Assembly (NCBI RefSeq): GCF_947494025.1 | Contig: NZ_CANLTQ010000003.1 | Location: 128,069 to 192,068, forward strand | From: an uncultured Jannaschia sp. | Lineage (GTDB): Bacteria; Pseudomonadota; Alphaproteobacteria; Rhodobacterales; Rhodobacteraceae | Direction of reading: 5' to 3' | Length of the DNA: 64,000 bases | Shown: positions 54,289 to 64,000 of the stretch, in pieces | Numbering within the stretch: the first letter of the stretch is position 1 | How the letters are laid out: each line of letters begins with the position of its first letter | Notes under the pieces: model-generated | Seen by the model: only the letters and a program-made list of their open reading frames with translations | What the model was told of the DNA's origin: nothing | Databases searched by the model: none | Program-made: the position numbers and the translations under genes

Positions 54289-54327
54289 GCCACGAGGGCT
54301 AGCATGGACGCCGCCGGTCGCGCCAGA

Positions 54328-55641
54328 TCAGAAGCCGCCGGATCGCAGGCCCTCGGGCTGTCCGACGACGACGAAGTGGAGGGACTCCGGCTGCAGCACG
54401 CGAGCGGCCACGCGGCGCACGTCCTCCTGCGTCACCGCCTCGATCCGGTCGTTCCGGGTCGCGATGTAATCGATCGGCAGGTCGTTCGACTGCATGCCCA
54501 CGAGGATCGAGGCGATCCGCGAATTGCCGTCGAAGCGCAGCGGATAGGCGCCGGTCAGGTAGGTCTTGGCGGCGTCGAGCTCCTCCTCGGAAACGCCTTC
54601 GGCCGCCAGCCGGGCCCATTCGTCGCGCACGATCCGCACCGCCTCGGCGGTCTTGTCGTTCGACGAGGAGAACTGGCCCATCACCTGCGCGGCAAGGTCG
54701 CGGGGGACGAGGTCGGTGCCGATCCCGTAGGTCAGGCCGCGCTTCACGCGCACCTCCTGCATCAGCCGGGAATCGAAGCCGGCGCCGCCCAGAACCTCGT
54801 TGAGCACATAGGCCGGAAAGTAGTCCGGATCGTCGAAGGCGATGCCCTCGTGGCCGAACAGGACCACCGATTGGGGCGAGGGGAAGTCCACCACCGTGAC
54901 GCCGCCGGGCAGGTCGTAGCTCGCCTCCGGAACCTCCGCACCGTCGCTTTCGGGCAGGTCGCCCAAAAGGCGGTCGAGCAGCGGGCCGAGTTCCTCGGCG
55001 GTGATGTCGCCGGTCACGCCGACCAGCGCGCGGTCGCGGGTCAGGGCGCGCTCGTGAGCGTCCCGCAGGTCTTCGATGTTGAGCGCGGCCACGGTTTCCG
55101 GCGTGCCGTCGAGCGAGGTGCCGTAGGGATGGCCGGGGAAGGCCAGCGCCGAGAACGTGTCCGAGGCGATCGCGCCCGGGTCGCTCGCATCGGAGGCGAT
55201 CGAGGCCAGGACCTGCGCCCGCACCCGCTCGACGGCGTCCATGTCGAATCGCGGATCGAGCAGCGCCTCGCGCAGGAGGTCGACGCTTTCCTCCCGGTTC
55301 TCGGACAGGAATTGCAGGCCGACCGAGACCGAATCGTTGGCCGCGTCGAAGGACATCCGCGCGGCCAGCTCCTCCGCCCGCTCCGCGAAAGCCTGGGCGT
55401 CGCGCTCGCCCGCGCCTTCCTCCAGAAGCGACATCATCAGGTTGGTCGCGCCACGCTTGCCCGGCGCATCCTCGTTGGCGCCACCCTCGAACAGGATGTC
55501 GATGGCGGTGAACGGGATCGAAGGCTCCTCCACCAGCCAGGCGGTGATGCCGCCGGGCGAGACGACCTCCTGGATTTCCACCTCGGCCAGGGCCGGGACG
55601 GGCAGCAGGGCGGCGGTCAGAAGGGCGAACATGCGGGTCAT
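54328..55641 (-). CDS. M16B family peptidase, non-catalytic subunit (no HxxEH)
   Basis: Signal peptide ending ALA-EV; the HxxEH position reads GATNLMMSL; GFDSRL..EVRVKRGLTY motif present. Confidence 0.85.
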   Translation of the reverse strand: MTRMFALLTAALLPVPALAEVEIQEVVSPGGITAWLVEEPSIPFTAIDILFEGGANEDAPGKRGATNLMMSLLEEGAGERDAQAFAERAEELAARMSFDAANDSVSVGLQFLSENREESVDLLREALLDPRFDMDAVERVRAQVLASIASDASDPGAIASDTFSALAFPGHPYGTSLDGTPETVAALNIEDLRDAHERALTRDRALVGVTGDITAEELGPLLDRLLGDLPESDGAEVPEASYDLPGGVTVVDFPSPQSVVLFGHEGIAFDDPDYFPAYVLNEVLGGAGFDSRLMQEVRVKRGLTYGIGTDLVPRDLAAQVMGQFSSSNDKTAEAVRIVRDEWARLAAEGVSEEELDAAKTYLTGAYPLRFDGNSRIASILVGMQSNDLPIDYIATRNDRIEAVTQEDVRRVAARVLQPESLHFVVVGQPEGLRSGGF

Positions 55642-57107
55642 TGAATGGGCTCCGGGGCTTCGTCGTTCGTGTCGGCGGCGGGCTGGGCGGCGGCGGGGTC
55701 GGGCGCGGCGTTCTCCGCCCCCTCCGTCGCGGCGGGCTTCGAAAGGTAGCCGGTGACCGAGCGGTCGAGGTCGAAGACCTCGCGCGCGGCGGCGAGCACG
55801 TCCTCCTCGGTGACCGCCTCGAGGGCGCGCGGCCATTCGGCGACATCCTCGACCGTCAGGCCGCTGGTGACGGCCGCGCCGTAGTCGCGGGCGCGGCCCT
55901 GCAGGCTGTCGCGGCCGTAGATTTCGGAGGCGCGGACCTGCGACTTGATGCGCTCGAGCTGCGCCGGGTCGATGCCGTCATCGAGGAGCTTCGCGATCAT
56001 CCGGTCCATGTCGGCCTCCGCCTCCTCGAGGGTGCGGCCGGGGCTCGGCATCACCAAAAGCCCGAACGTCGTGTCGTCGTAGCGAGTGCCGTCGTAGAAG
56101 GCCGAGGTGTAGAGCGCCGTGCCCTCCTCCTGCTCCAGCGTGCGTCCCATGACCGAGGTCTGCGAGGAGCCGCCGAGCAGATCGGCCAGCACCGTCAGCG
56201 CGGCGGCCTTCTCCTGCGCGCCGGCGTCGCGCTCGGGGGCGAGATAAGTGCGCAGGACGTAGGGGTTGGACACGCGTCCGTCCTCGTAGCGCAGGCGACG
56301 CGGCGCGATCTGCGGCGGTTCTTGCGGACGTTCCCGGGGGGCGAGCCCCTCCGTCGGGGCGAGCGGGCCGTAATGCTTCCTGGCCAGCCGCTCGACCTCG
56401 GCGGGATCGATATCGCCCGCCACGACAAGCGTCGCGTTGTTGGGGGCGTAGAACGTGCGATAGAAGTCGAGCGCGTCCTCGAGCGTCAGTTCCTCCACCT
56501 CCTGGCGCCAGCCGATGATCGGCATGCGGTAGGGATGGTTCAGGTACTGCGCCGCGTTCCGCATCTCCCCGAACAGCGCGCCGGGATTCGACTCGGTGCG
56601 CTGCGCCCGCTCCTCGAGCACCACGTCGCGCTCCGTGAGCATGTCCTCGTCGTCGAGGACCAGGTCGCGCATCCGGTCGGCCTCCATCTCCATCATCAGC
56701 TCCAGCCGGTCGGAGGCGACGCGCTGGAAGTAGCCGGTGTGGTCGTCGCTGGTGAAGGCGTTGTCGGTCCCGCCCTGCGCCGCGACGACGCGGCTGAACT
56801 CGCCGGGGGCGAGGTCGTCGGTGCCCTTGAACATCAGGTGCTCGAGAAAATGCGCGATGCCGGACTTGCCCGGCGGCTCGTCCGCGGCGCCCACGTCGTA
56901 CCAGACCATGTGCACGACGACCGGGGCGCGATGATCCTCGATCACGATCGCGTCGAGGCCGTTCTCGAGCGTGAAGGTCGTCACCCCTTCGTCCTCCGGG
57001 GCGGCGGCGTCGGCGGGGACATCGCCGGTCTGCGCGAGGGCGGGGGGGACGGCGGTCGGGCTGGCAAGAAGCGCCGCGACGGCGGCGACGAACAGGGGCT
57101 GGCGCAA
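55638..57107 (-). CDS. M16B family zinc peptidase, catalytic subunit
   Basis: GKSGIAHFLEHLMFKGT, NAFTSDD.T.Y, VVLEER, HPY..PIIGW, FY..FYAPNNA. TTG start at 57107 after a GGAG ribosome-binding site; signal peptide. Confidence 0.9.
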   Translation of the reverse strand: MRQPLFVAAVAALLASPTAVPPALAQTGDVPADAAAPEDEGVTTFTLENGLDAIVIEDHRAPVVVHMVWYDVGAADEPPGKSGIAHFLEHLMFKGTDDLAPGEFSRVVAAQGGTDNAFTSDDHTGYFQRVASDRLELMMEMEADRMRDLVLDDEDMLTERDVVLEERAQRTESNPGALFGEMRNAAQYLNHPYRMPIIGWRQEVEELTLEDALDFYRTFYAPNNATLVVAGDIDPAEVERLARKHYGPLAPTEGLAPRERPQEPPQIAPRRLRYEDGRVSNPYVLRTYLAPERDAGAQEKAAALTVLADLLGGSSQTSVMGRTLEQEEGTALYTSAFYDGTRYDDTTFGLLVMPSPGRTLEEAEADMDRMIAKLLDDGIDPAQLERIKSQVRASEIYGRDSLQGRARDYGAAVTSGLTVEDVAEWPRALEAVTEEDVLAAAREVFDLDRSVTGYLSKPAATEGAENAAPDPAAAQPAADTNDEAPEPIQ

Positions 57108-57216
57108 GGCGATCTCCGTAGGACAAGCGGAATTACGCCGGACATACGCCCGCCCCGCCCCGATTTCAAAGTCCGTGACGTCGCGTTCGCGTGACGACCC
57201 CGTGATGTCCGGTCGC

Positions 57217-57726
57217 TCAGTTCCCGGCTGGATCCGGGGGCGCCGCGACCGTCCTGACGCCGGCCTGGCGCAGCCGCCGCAGCTCCGCGTACTGGTCCAG
57301 CGATTGCCGGGCATAGGCCTGGTAATAGACGTTCAGGTTGAACGCCCGTTCCAGCAGGCGTCCATCGTTGGCTTGCCGGAAGGCGAGGTCCTCGGCCGCG
57401 AGCTGGCCGCGGATGCCCGGCTCCACGCCGTAGCGCGACACGGTAGAGACGAGCGCGCCGTCGGCGCCGGTTCCGCCGGCCGGATTGCCGCCGAGCGCCG
57501 CGACCGCCTCCGACAGCGGCGCCCGGTCGGTGCGGTTCGGCCCGCCGGGCGTGGGCGGCGGCAGGGCGGCACGGTCCGGCGGCGTTTCGAGCGGACGCGC
57601 GGGCAGGATCGAAAACTCGTCGGGCGTGCGGTCGGCCTTGCGGAGGTTGAAAAGCTTCGGCGCGCCGCCCCCGCAGGCGGAAAGCGTCAGCGACAGCACA
57701 ACGGCGCAACCCAGCCTCGCGATCAT
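57217..57726 (-). CDS. DUF3035 family lipoprotein
   Basis: Lipobox LSAC, PDEFSILP.RPLETPP..LPPPTPGGPNRTD; lies between lspA and the M16 pair. Confidence 0.82.
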   Translation of the reverse strand: MIARLGCAVVLSLTLSACGGGAPKLFNLRKADRTPDEFSILPARPLETPPDRAALPPPTPGGPNRTDRAPLSEAVAALGGNPAGGTGADGALVSTVSRYGVEPGIRGQLAAEDLAFRQANDGRLLERAFNLNVYYQAYARQSLDQYAELRRLRQAGVRTVAAPPDPAGN

Positions 57727-57782
57727 TCCGTCGATCCTCCTGCCCTTCGACGCCCCGGTCCTAGCGCAAGCCCCGGCCCGCG

Positions 57783-58250
57783 TCACGGGGTCTTGGCCCC
57801 ACGCTCGTCGGCCCAGAGGACGAGCCCGCCCGCGCCGGCGAAGATGAAGACGTCGGCGAGGTTGAAGGCGTAGGGATTGTGGATCCCGCAGCAGGACATG
57901 TTGAGGAAGTCCGCCACCGCGCCGTAGACCACGCGGTCGAGCGCGTTGGCCAGCGCCCCGCCGATCACCAGCCCGGCGGAGACATGCGCCAGCGGCCGGG
58001 TGAAGTTCCGCGACCAGCGAAACAGGACGACCGTCACGATCACCGCCACCGCGACCAGAAGCCAGCGCGCGCCGGCGCCGTGAAGAAGGCCGAAATTGAT
58101 CCCCTCGTTCCAGCCCATGCGGAAGGTCAGGAACGGCGGCGCCACCGGCAGGACCAGCCGCGACTTCAGGTCGAGGAGGTGGACGACGAGGAGTTTCGAC
58201 GCCTGATCCGCGAGAAAGGCGGCGAGCGCGGCGAGCCAGAGCGTGCGCAT
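57783..58250 (-). CDS. lspA: Lipoprotein signal peptidase II
   Basis: [39 protein letters not shown]; 1-nt overlap with the purH stop. Confidence 0.92.
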   Translation of the reverse strand: MRTLWLAALAAFLADQASKLLVVHLLDLKSRLVLPVAPPFLTFRMGWNEGINFGLLHGAGARWLLVAVAVIVTVVLFRWSRNFTRPLAHVSAGLVIGGALANALDRVVYGAVADFLNMSCCGIHNPYAFNLADVFIFAGAGGLVLWADERGAKTP

Positions 58251-59833
58251 CAGTGCCGGAAGTGCCGCATGCCGGTGAAGACCATGGCGAGGTCGGCCGC
58301 GTCGGCGGCGGCGATCACCTCCGCGTCGCGCATGGAGCCGCCCGGCTGGATCACCGCCTTCGCCCCGGCCTCGGCCGCGGCCATCAGCCCGTCGGGAAAG
58401 GGAAAGAACGCGTCGGAGGCCAGAACGGCGTCGCGCGCCGGCGTGTGCGACAGGTTCAGCGCCTCGGCCATGTCCTCCGCCTTCCGTGCGGCGATGCGCG
58501 AGCTGTCGACCCGGCTCATCTGGCCCGCACCGATGCCGACGGTCGCCCCGTCCTTCGCATAGACAATGGCGTTCGACTTGACGTGCTTTGCCACGCGCCA
58601 GGCGAAAAGCAGGTTGCGCATCTGGTCGTCGTTCGGCGCGCGTCGGGTCACGACGCGAAGGTCCGACGGCATGAGCCGCCCGTTGTCGTGGTCCTGCACC
58701 AGCCAGCCGCCCGCGACCTGCTTCATCGCGCGGCGGGGCGCGTGGGGATCGGGCAGGGTGCCGATGGTCAGCAGGCGCAGGTTCTTCTTGCCGGCGAAGA
58801 CGGCGCGCGCCTCCTCCGTCGCGTCGGGGGCGACGACCACCTCGGTGAAGATGCCCGCGATGGCCTCCGCCGTCTCCGCGTCGAGCGGGCCGTTCAGCGC
58901 GACGATGCCCCCGAAGGCGGAGGTGCGGTCGCAGTCGAAAGCCCGCCCATAAGCCTCGGCCAGCGTCTCGCCGGTGGCGACGCCGCAGGGATTGGCGTGC
59001 TTGATGATCGCCACGGCGGGACGGTCGAACTCGGCCACCAGCTCGATCGCGGCGTCGGTATCGGCGAGGTTGTTGTAGCTGAGTTCCTTGCCTTGATGCT
59101 GCGTCGCGGTCGCCACGCCGGGCCGGCCGCTGCCGTCGCTGTAGAAGGCGGCCGACTGGTGCGGGTTCTCGCCGTAGCGCAGCGGCTGGCGCAGGCGGGC
59201 CGCGGCGGCGACGCGGCGGGGCGCTTCCTCCCGCGCGGTTTCGAACCGTGCCATCCAGGTCGCCACGGCGGCGTCGTAGGCGGCGGTGCGCCCGTAGGCG
59301 ATGGCCGATTGCCGCTGCCGGAAGGCGAGCGTGGTGCCGCCCCCGTTCGCGTCGAGTTCCGCGAAGAGGGCGTCGTAATCCTCGGGGTCGGTGACGACGC
59401 AGGTCCAGGCCTGGTTCTTGGCGCCCGCGCGGATCATCGCCGGCCCGCCGATGTCGATGTTCTCGATGCAGGCGGCCTCGTCGGCGCCGGAGGCCACGGT
59501 CACCTCGAACGGGTAGAGGTTCACCACGAGGAGGTCGATCGGCGCGATGCCATGCGACTCCAGCGCCGCCGCGTGGTCCGGTTCGTCGCGCAGCGCGAGC
59601 AATCCCCCGTGCACCTTCGGATGCAGCGTCTTGACGCGGCCGTCCATCATCTCCGGGAACCCGGTCAGGTCCGCCACGTCGCGCACGGCGAGCCCCGCCG
59701 CGCGGAGCGCCGCGGCCGAGCCGCCGGTGGAGACAAGCTCCACCCCCCGCGCGGACAGCGCCTGGCCCAGGCGGGCGAGCCCCGTCTTGTCGGACACGGA
59801 GATCAGCGCGCGCTTCAGGGGGATCGTCGTCAT
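58250..59833 (-). CDS. purH: Bifunctional AICAR transformylase/IMP cyclohydrolase
   Basis: [72 protein letters not shown]. Confidence 0.98.
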   Translation of the reverse strand: MTTIPLKRALISVSDKTGLARLGQALSARGVELVSTGGSAAALRAAGLAVRDVADLTGFPEMMDGRVKTLHPKVHGGLLALRDEPDHAAALESHGIAPIDLLVVNLYPFEVTVASGADEAACIENIDIGGPAMIRAGAKNQAWTCVVTDPEDYDALFAELDANGGGTTLAFRQRQSAIAYGRTAAYDAAVATWMARFETAREEAPRRVAAAARLRQPLRYGENPHQSAAFYSDGSGRPGVATATQHQGKELSYNNLADTDAAIELVAEFDRPAVAIIKHANPCGVATGETLAEAYGRAFDCDRTSAFGGIVALNGPLDAETAEAIAGIFTEVVVAPDATEEARAVFAGKKNLRLLTIGTLPDPHAPRRAMKQVAGGWLVQDHDNGRLMPSDLRVVTRRAPNDDQMRNLLFAWRVAKHVKSNAIVYAKDGATVGIGAGQMSRVDSSRIAARKAEDMAEALNLSHTPARDAVLASDAFFPFPDGLMAAAEAGAKAVIQPGGSMRDAEVIAAADAADLAMVFTGMRHFRH

Positions 59834-59854
59834 CGGGGGCGTCCTTCGGGCAGG

Positions 59855-61555
59855 TCAGGATTCGGCGTCGTGCGGCGGCTCGGCTTCGCGCAGCCGCGTC
59901 AGGGTCCATTCGATGGTCGCCGCATAGGACACGACGCGGTCGGATAAAACCACCTGCAGCGCGGGGCGCGGCTTCGGGCGATCCGGCTCCAGATAGACCG
60001 AGGGCGCGAGCGCGAGCGCCGCGTCCGACCCGGTGCGGAAGGTCCAGACGGCGCCCGTGGGCAGCGTGATCGCCACCGCGCGCGCCGCTTCGTCGAGAGA
60101 GGCGGCCGTGTCCGGATGCAGGTGGAAGCGGATGTCGAAGGCGACCCCCGTCGCCTCCGCCCGCGCCAGATCGAGCCGCGTCCGGTCCGCGCCGCCCATG
60201 GCGCGCAGGCTGTCCTCGCCTTCGAGGGTGAGGCCGTCCTGCGAAAGCGCGAGCCGGCGCAGATGGGTCAGCCCGTGGCTTGGCCCGTATCCGTCGTGCC
60301 GCGCGAGCAGGATGGCGGCGCGGGCCGTGTCGGCGCGCTGGCAATCCACGCGGCCGGGGATCTGCACCAGCGGGGCGATGCGCCGCCGCCCGAGCGGGAT
60401 CAGCGCGCCGACCCGGGCCGAGGAATGTCCGTCCAGACCCAGCGACGAATGCGACGCCGTCGCCCGCCCGGCGCGGTGCCAATCCGGCCCGTGCGCGCCG
60501 CCCGGCCCGCAATTGACGACAAGGGGCGCGTCGCCGTCGGTCATCTCGAAGGCCAGCGTCGAGGCATGGGCGGACCCGGACTGCGCGCCCGTGGGCGGCG
60601 GCGCGGCGTCCACGATCAGCGTCGTCCGTCCCCGCGCGATCGCGGCGAAGCCCATCGCCTGCGCGTCGTCGCGGCGGCCGTCGATGCCCGTGGCCGCCAG
60701 CACCCGTTCGAGCCGGCCCGGCCGGCCGCGGCCACCGCCGTGGAACCGCGCGAGGCCCCCGTCGGAATGGGTCAGCGCGCGGAGCGTCGGCGCGATCCGC
60801 CCCTGCGCCGCGCGCAGGGCCACCGGCACGTCGGACCGGGCGCGGAACCCGTCGACCGTCCAGTTCAGGAGCATCGCCATCTCGAGAAGCGCTTCCGGGT
60901 TGCGCGCGCCGATCCCGCCATCCGCGCCCACGTCGCGCTCGACCGTCTCGACCAGCGCGACCGCCGCCTCGCCCACGAGCGACGACATGCCGCGAAGCGA
61001 GAGGCCGGCGAAGAGGAGGCCGGTCAGCGCCTCCATCCGGGCCAGCCCGGCCGGCGCCTCGGACCAGTCGCGCCGCAGATGCGTGGCCTGCGCGTAGAGC
61101 GCGTCGAGATAGACGGCCCGCGCCCGCGGCTCCAGCCCCGGCAGCAGGACGGAGGCGTGGTCGATCTGGCGCAGGAGGCGGCGGCCGGTGAGCGAGGCAT
61201 CCCAGCCCGGTCCGCGTCCGCCGCGGAACCGCCGCATCCAGTCCAGCGTCCAGCCCTGCGCCTTCGTTACCGCCTCGGTCGTGCCGAGCGCCACGAGGTC
61301 GTCGAGCCATCCCTGGCCGTGAAGCTGCATCTCGAACGGGGTGGAGGGCGGCACGATGTCCCAAGGGCTTCCGTCGGGCGCGTCGACGATTTGTCCGGCC
61401 ATGTGCCACAGCCCGCCGACGATCTGGCGCCCGCGTCCGGGCGTGCCGCTTTCGCGGGGGGCGGGGTGCCAGACAACGTCACGGTCGCGCGGCGGGCGGA
61501 ACAGGCGCAGGGCGAGCCTGCGCCGCCACCTTTCGCGGATCCCCTGCGCGCTCAT
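59855..61555 (-). CDS. Heparinase II/III-like protein of unknown function
   Basis: LHGQGWLDDL, WDASLTGRRL, DGGLARFHG, HASTLAFE..LVVNCG, RATASHS, HDGY..HLRRL, IRFHLHP; conserved position between rsmB and purH. Confidence 0.8.
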   Translation of the reverse strand: MSAQGIRERWRRRLALRLFRPPRDRDVVWHPAPRESGTPGRGRQIVGGLWHMAGQIVDAPDGSPWDIVPPSTPFEMQLHGQGWLDDLVALGTTEAVTKAQGWTLDWMRRFRGGRGPGWDASLTGRRLLRQIDHASVLLPGLEPRARAVYLDALYAQATHLRRDWSEAPAGLARMEALTGLLFAGLSLRGMSSLVGEAAVALVETVERDVGADGGIGARNPEALLEMAMLLNWTVDGFRARSDVPVALRAAQGRIAPTLRALTHSDGGLARFHGGGRGRPGRLERVLAATGIDGRRDDAQAMGFAAIARGRTTLIVDAAPPPTGAQSGSAHASTLAFEMTDGDAPLVVNCGPGGAHGPDWHRAGRATASHSSLGLDGHSSARVGALIPLGRRRIAPLVQIPGRVDCQRADTARAAILLARHDGYGPSHGLTHLRRLALSQDGLTLEGEDSLRAMGGADRTRLDLARAEATGVAFDIRFHLHPDTAASLDEAARAVAITLPTGAVWTFRTGSDAALALAPSVYLEPDRPKPRPALQVVLSDRVVSYAATIEWTLTRLREAEPPHDAES

Positions 61556-61639
61556 CGTCCCGTCCCCGCCGGCCGGCCGGATGTGCCGCCGGGCTCGCGA
61601 CGACGAATAGGCCCTGCCTCGTCCGGTGTCACGCGGGCG

Positions 61640-62890
61640 TCATCCGGGCCTTCGCAGCACGGCCATGTAGAAGCCGTCCATTCCACCCAGCCCGGGCCAG
61701 AGATCGGGCAGGAGGCGCAGCCCGTGGGCCGAGGCGGCCTCGATCGGCAGGCCGAGCGCGACCGGGTCCGGCGCGTCCGCCGCGAGGCCCGGATGCCGCT
61801 TCAGCGCCGCGCTCGCCTGATGCTCGCCTTCCACCGGCAGGAGTGAGCAGGTGCAGAAGACGATCCGCCCGCCGGGACGCGCGAAGCCGATCGCCCGGTC
61901 GAGCAGGCGGTATTGCAGCGCGGTCAGCGCCTCCAGGTCGCGCGCCTCGCGCAGATGCGGCAGGTCGGCATGGCGGCGGATCGTGCCCGTCGCGGTGCAG
62001 GGCGCATCGAGGAGGACCGCGTCGAAGGGCGCCTGCGGGGTCCAGTCCAGCGCGTCGGCCTCGACCGGTTCGGCGGCGAGCCCGGTCCGCGCGAGGTTCT
62101 CCCGCAGGCGGGCGAGCCGGGGCCCCGAAAGGTCGAGCGCCGTCACGTCCGCCCCGGCGGCGGCGAGCTGCATCGTCTTGCCGCCCGGCGCGGCGCAAAG
62201 GTCGAGCACGCGCAGCCCGGCGACGTCGCCCAGAAGGCGCGCGGGCATGGCGGCGGCGGCGTCCTGCACCCACCAATCGCCCGCCTCGTAACCCGGCAGC
62301 GTCGAGACCTGGCCGCCAGCCAGTCGGAACGATCCGGTGGGCACCCGCTCCGCCCCCTCCACCGCGAGGCCCGGCTTCGCGGTCAGGTCGAGCGGCGCGG
62401 GGACCAGATGCGCCGCCTCGATCGCTTCCAGCCGGTCGCGGCCCCACGCCTTCGCCATCGGCTTGCGAAGCCAGGCGGGCAGGGCGGGGGCGGGCAGCGC
62501 GGCCCATTCGTCCCGCGCCTCCGCGAGCTTGCGCAGCACGGCGTTGACGAGCCCGGCCTGCTTCGTTGTCTTCGGCGAGGTGCGCGCCATCGCGACCGCG
62601 TCGTTGACCACGCCATGGGGGGCGGCGCCGTCCTCGTGGATTTCCACCAGCGCCAGCCGCAGGATGTCGCGCACCCGCGCCGCGGGCTGCCGCTCCACGT
62701 GGCGTTTCAGCAGCGCGTCGGCCCGCCCCATGTGGCGCAGCGTCAGGCCCGCGAGGCGCAACGCGCGCGCGGCGTCCGGCCCGGTCAGCCCGCTTTGCCC
62801 GTCGCGCAGCATCCGGCCGTCGCGCAGGACATGCGCCAGAAGGCGAAGCGTGCCCATGCGGGCGGAAAGGCTGTCGGACGGCACTGTCAT
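61640..62890 (-). CDS. rsmB: RsmB/NOP-family RNA m5C methyltransferase
   Basis: NusB-like N-terminus (GLVNAVLRK), WWVQDAAA, LDLCAAPGGKT, LLDAPCTATGT.RRH, FCTCSL..EGE. Confidence 0.88.
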   Translation of the reverse strand: MTVPSDSLSARMGTLRLLAHVLRDGRMLRDGQSGLTGPDAARALRLAGLTLRHMGRADALLKRHVERQPAARVRDILRLALVEIHEDGAAPHGVVNDAVAMARTSPKTTKQAGLVNAVLRKLAEARDEWAALPAPALPAWLRKPMAKAWGRDRLEAIEAAHLVPAPLDLTAKPGLAVEGAERVPTGSFRLAGGQVSTLPGYEAGDWWVQDAAAAMPARLLGDVAGLRVLDLCAAPGGKTMQLAAAGADVTALDLSGPRLARLRENLARTGLAAEPVEADALDWTPQAPFDAVLLDAPCTATGTIRRHADLPHLREARDLEALTALQYRLLDRAIGFARPGGRIVFCTCSLLPVEGEHQASAALKRHPGLAADAPDPVALGLPIEAASAHGLRLLPDLWPGLGGMDGFYMAVLRRPG

Positions 62891-62900
62891 CGCGGGGATC

Positions 62901-62930
62901 CTTGGCAGAAAGGCGTTCGCGACGTATATG
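62901..62930 (+). promoter_or_regulatory. Candidate promoter for the DUF1674 gene
   Basis: CTTGGCA-N17-TATATG upstream of the GAGGAG ribosome-binding site. Confidence 0.4.
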
Positions 62931-62967
62931 CGTTTGGTCCAACCGGCAACCGACGAGGAGTCCCGCC

Positions 62968-63258
62968 ATGGTCGCCCGCATGTCCGTCGATCCCTCCGCG
63001 CTGCCCGAGGCCGCGCCCGACGCTCCGGCCTGTCCCACGACGCCGCGCGACCGGGGCGTCGATCTCGCGCCGCTTTCCGCCGAGGCGGAGGCCACCCGCC
63101 GCGCCGCGCTGCCCGAGGTGGCCCGGCGCGCGCTGGAGGAAGCCGAGGCGCGGCAAGCCGGGCAGGTGACATTGCCACCCGAACTCGGCGGCCGCGCCGG
63201 GCCGGAGCCGGTCCGCTACGGCGACTGGGAGCGCAAGGGCATCGCCATCGACTTCTGA
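62968..63258 (+). CDS. DUF1674 protein (SDHAF4/Sdh8-like succinate dehydrogenase assembly factor family)
   Basis: C-terminal ELGGRAGPEPVRYGDWERKGIAIDF signature; GAGGAG ribosome-binding site before ATG 62968. Confidence 0.85.
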   Translation: MVARMSVDPSALPEAAPDAPACPTTPRDRGVDLAPLSAEAEATRRAALPEVARRALEEAEARQAGQVTLPPELGGRAGPEPVRYGDWERKGIAIDF

Positions 63259-63263
63259 GACGT

Positions 63264-64000
63264 TCAGCGCAGGTTGAGGACGTCGCGCATGTCGTAGGCG
63301 CCCGGTGCCCGGCCCTGCGCCCAGAGCGCGGCCCTGAGCGCGCCGCGCGCGAAGACCGAGCGGTCGGAGGCGACGTGGCGCAGGACGAGACGTTCGCCCG
63401 CGCCGGCGAAGATCACGTCGTGTTCCCCCACCACGTCGCCGCCCCGGATCGCGGCGAAGCCGATGTCGCCGCGGGTCCGCGCGCCGGTGATGCCGTCCCG
63501 GCCCCGGTCGGCAACCTCGCCCAAATCGACGCCCCGCCCCTCGGCCGCCGCCTCGCCCAGCATCAGCGCGGTGCCGGAGGGCGCGTCGACCTTGCGCCGG
63601 TGATGCGCCTCGACGATCTCGATATCGTAATCGGCGTCGAGCGACGCGGCCACCTGCCGGACGAGCGCGGTCAGCAGGTTGACGCCGAGCGACATGTTGC
63701 CCGCCCGCACCACCACCGTCCGCGTGCCGGCGGCGTCGATTGCGGCGATGTCCTCCAACGAGAGTCCCGTCGTGCCCACGATATGCGCGGTGCCCGACGC
63801 GGCGCAAAGGCGCGCCATCGCGACCGTGGCGGCGGGCGTCGTGAAGTCGATCACCGCATCGGCGCCCGCGACGAGGCTGCTCGGATCGTCGGTCACCGGC
63901 ACGCCGATCTCCGCGCCGCCCGTCGCCGCGCCGAGGTCGCGCCCGGCCCAGTCGTGGCCCGGCGCCTCCACGACGCCGGCGAGCCGCATCGCGTCGGAGG
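63264..64000 (-). CDS. dapB: 4-hydroxy-tetrahydrodipicolinate reductase (5' end outside the window)
   Basis: [56 protein letters not shown]. Confidence 0.96.
   Translation of the reverse strand, partial: SDAMRLAGVVEAPGHDWAGRDLGAATGGAEIGVPVTDDPSSLVAGADAVIDFTTPAATVAMARLCAASGTAHIVGTTGLSLEDIAAIDAAGTRTVVVRAGNMSLGVNLLTALVRQVAASLDADYDIEIVEAHHRRKVDAPSGTALMLGEAAAEGRGVDLGEVADRGRDGITGARTRGDIGFAAIRGGDVVGEHDVIFAGAGERLVLRHVASDRSVFARGALRAALWAQGRAPGAYDMRDVLNLR

Noticed and set aside
57783-61409. 1208-aa ORF in the lspA frame spanning purH and the heparinase-like gene
   Set aside because: Only the last 155 aa are protein-like (LspA). The rest is Arg/Pro/Gly/Ala-rich off-frame readthrough, expected at this GC content.

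Overview
A 64-kb, very GC-rich (roughly 70% by eye) stretch of core chromosome from a Rhodobacterales alphaproteobacterium, holding about 60 densely packed genes. These cover amino-acid metabolism (hisC, dapB/D/E, serA/B/C, trpB, arginase, class 3 asparaginase), DNA/RNA maintenance (priA, xerC, recQ-yaaA, mutL-rmuC, rnr, rlmN, rsmB, rsmD), envelope functions (lspA, M16 peptidase pair, two lytic transglycosylases), redox/stress genes and three incomplete or oddly organised transporter loci. I saw no rRNA, tRNA, CRISPR array, prophage or IS element. The many long overlapping ORFs in the track are GC-driven shadows. The most interesting signals are: (1) a diheme bCCP/MauG-family protein that keeps the Q/P/E peroxide pocket but has His at the inter-heme Trp position and His at the distal ligand position of heme 2 (Met in bCCP, Tyr in MauG); (2) an acidic Dps with an apparent Sec signal peptide behind an exact sigma-EcfG promoter motif that is shared with a GlsB/YeaQ gene; (3) a serC-leader RNA; (4) a codon-usage shift in the trpB 3' end and adjacent GNAT gene that suggests a recombination tract; (5) a CtrA-like box before a hybrid kinase and several sigma32-like promoters. 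All family assignments come from motif recognition by eye; no database searches were run.
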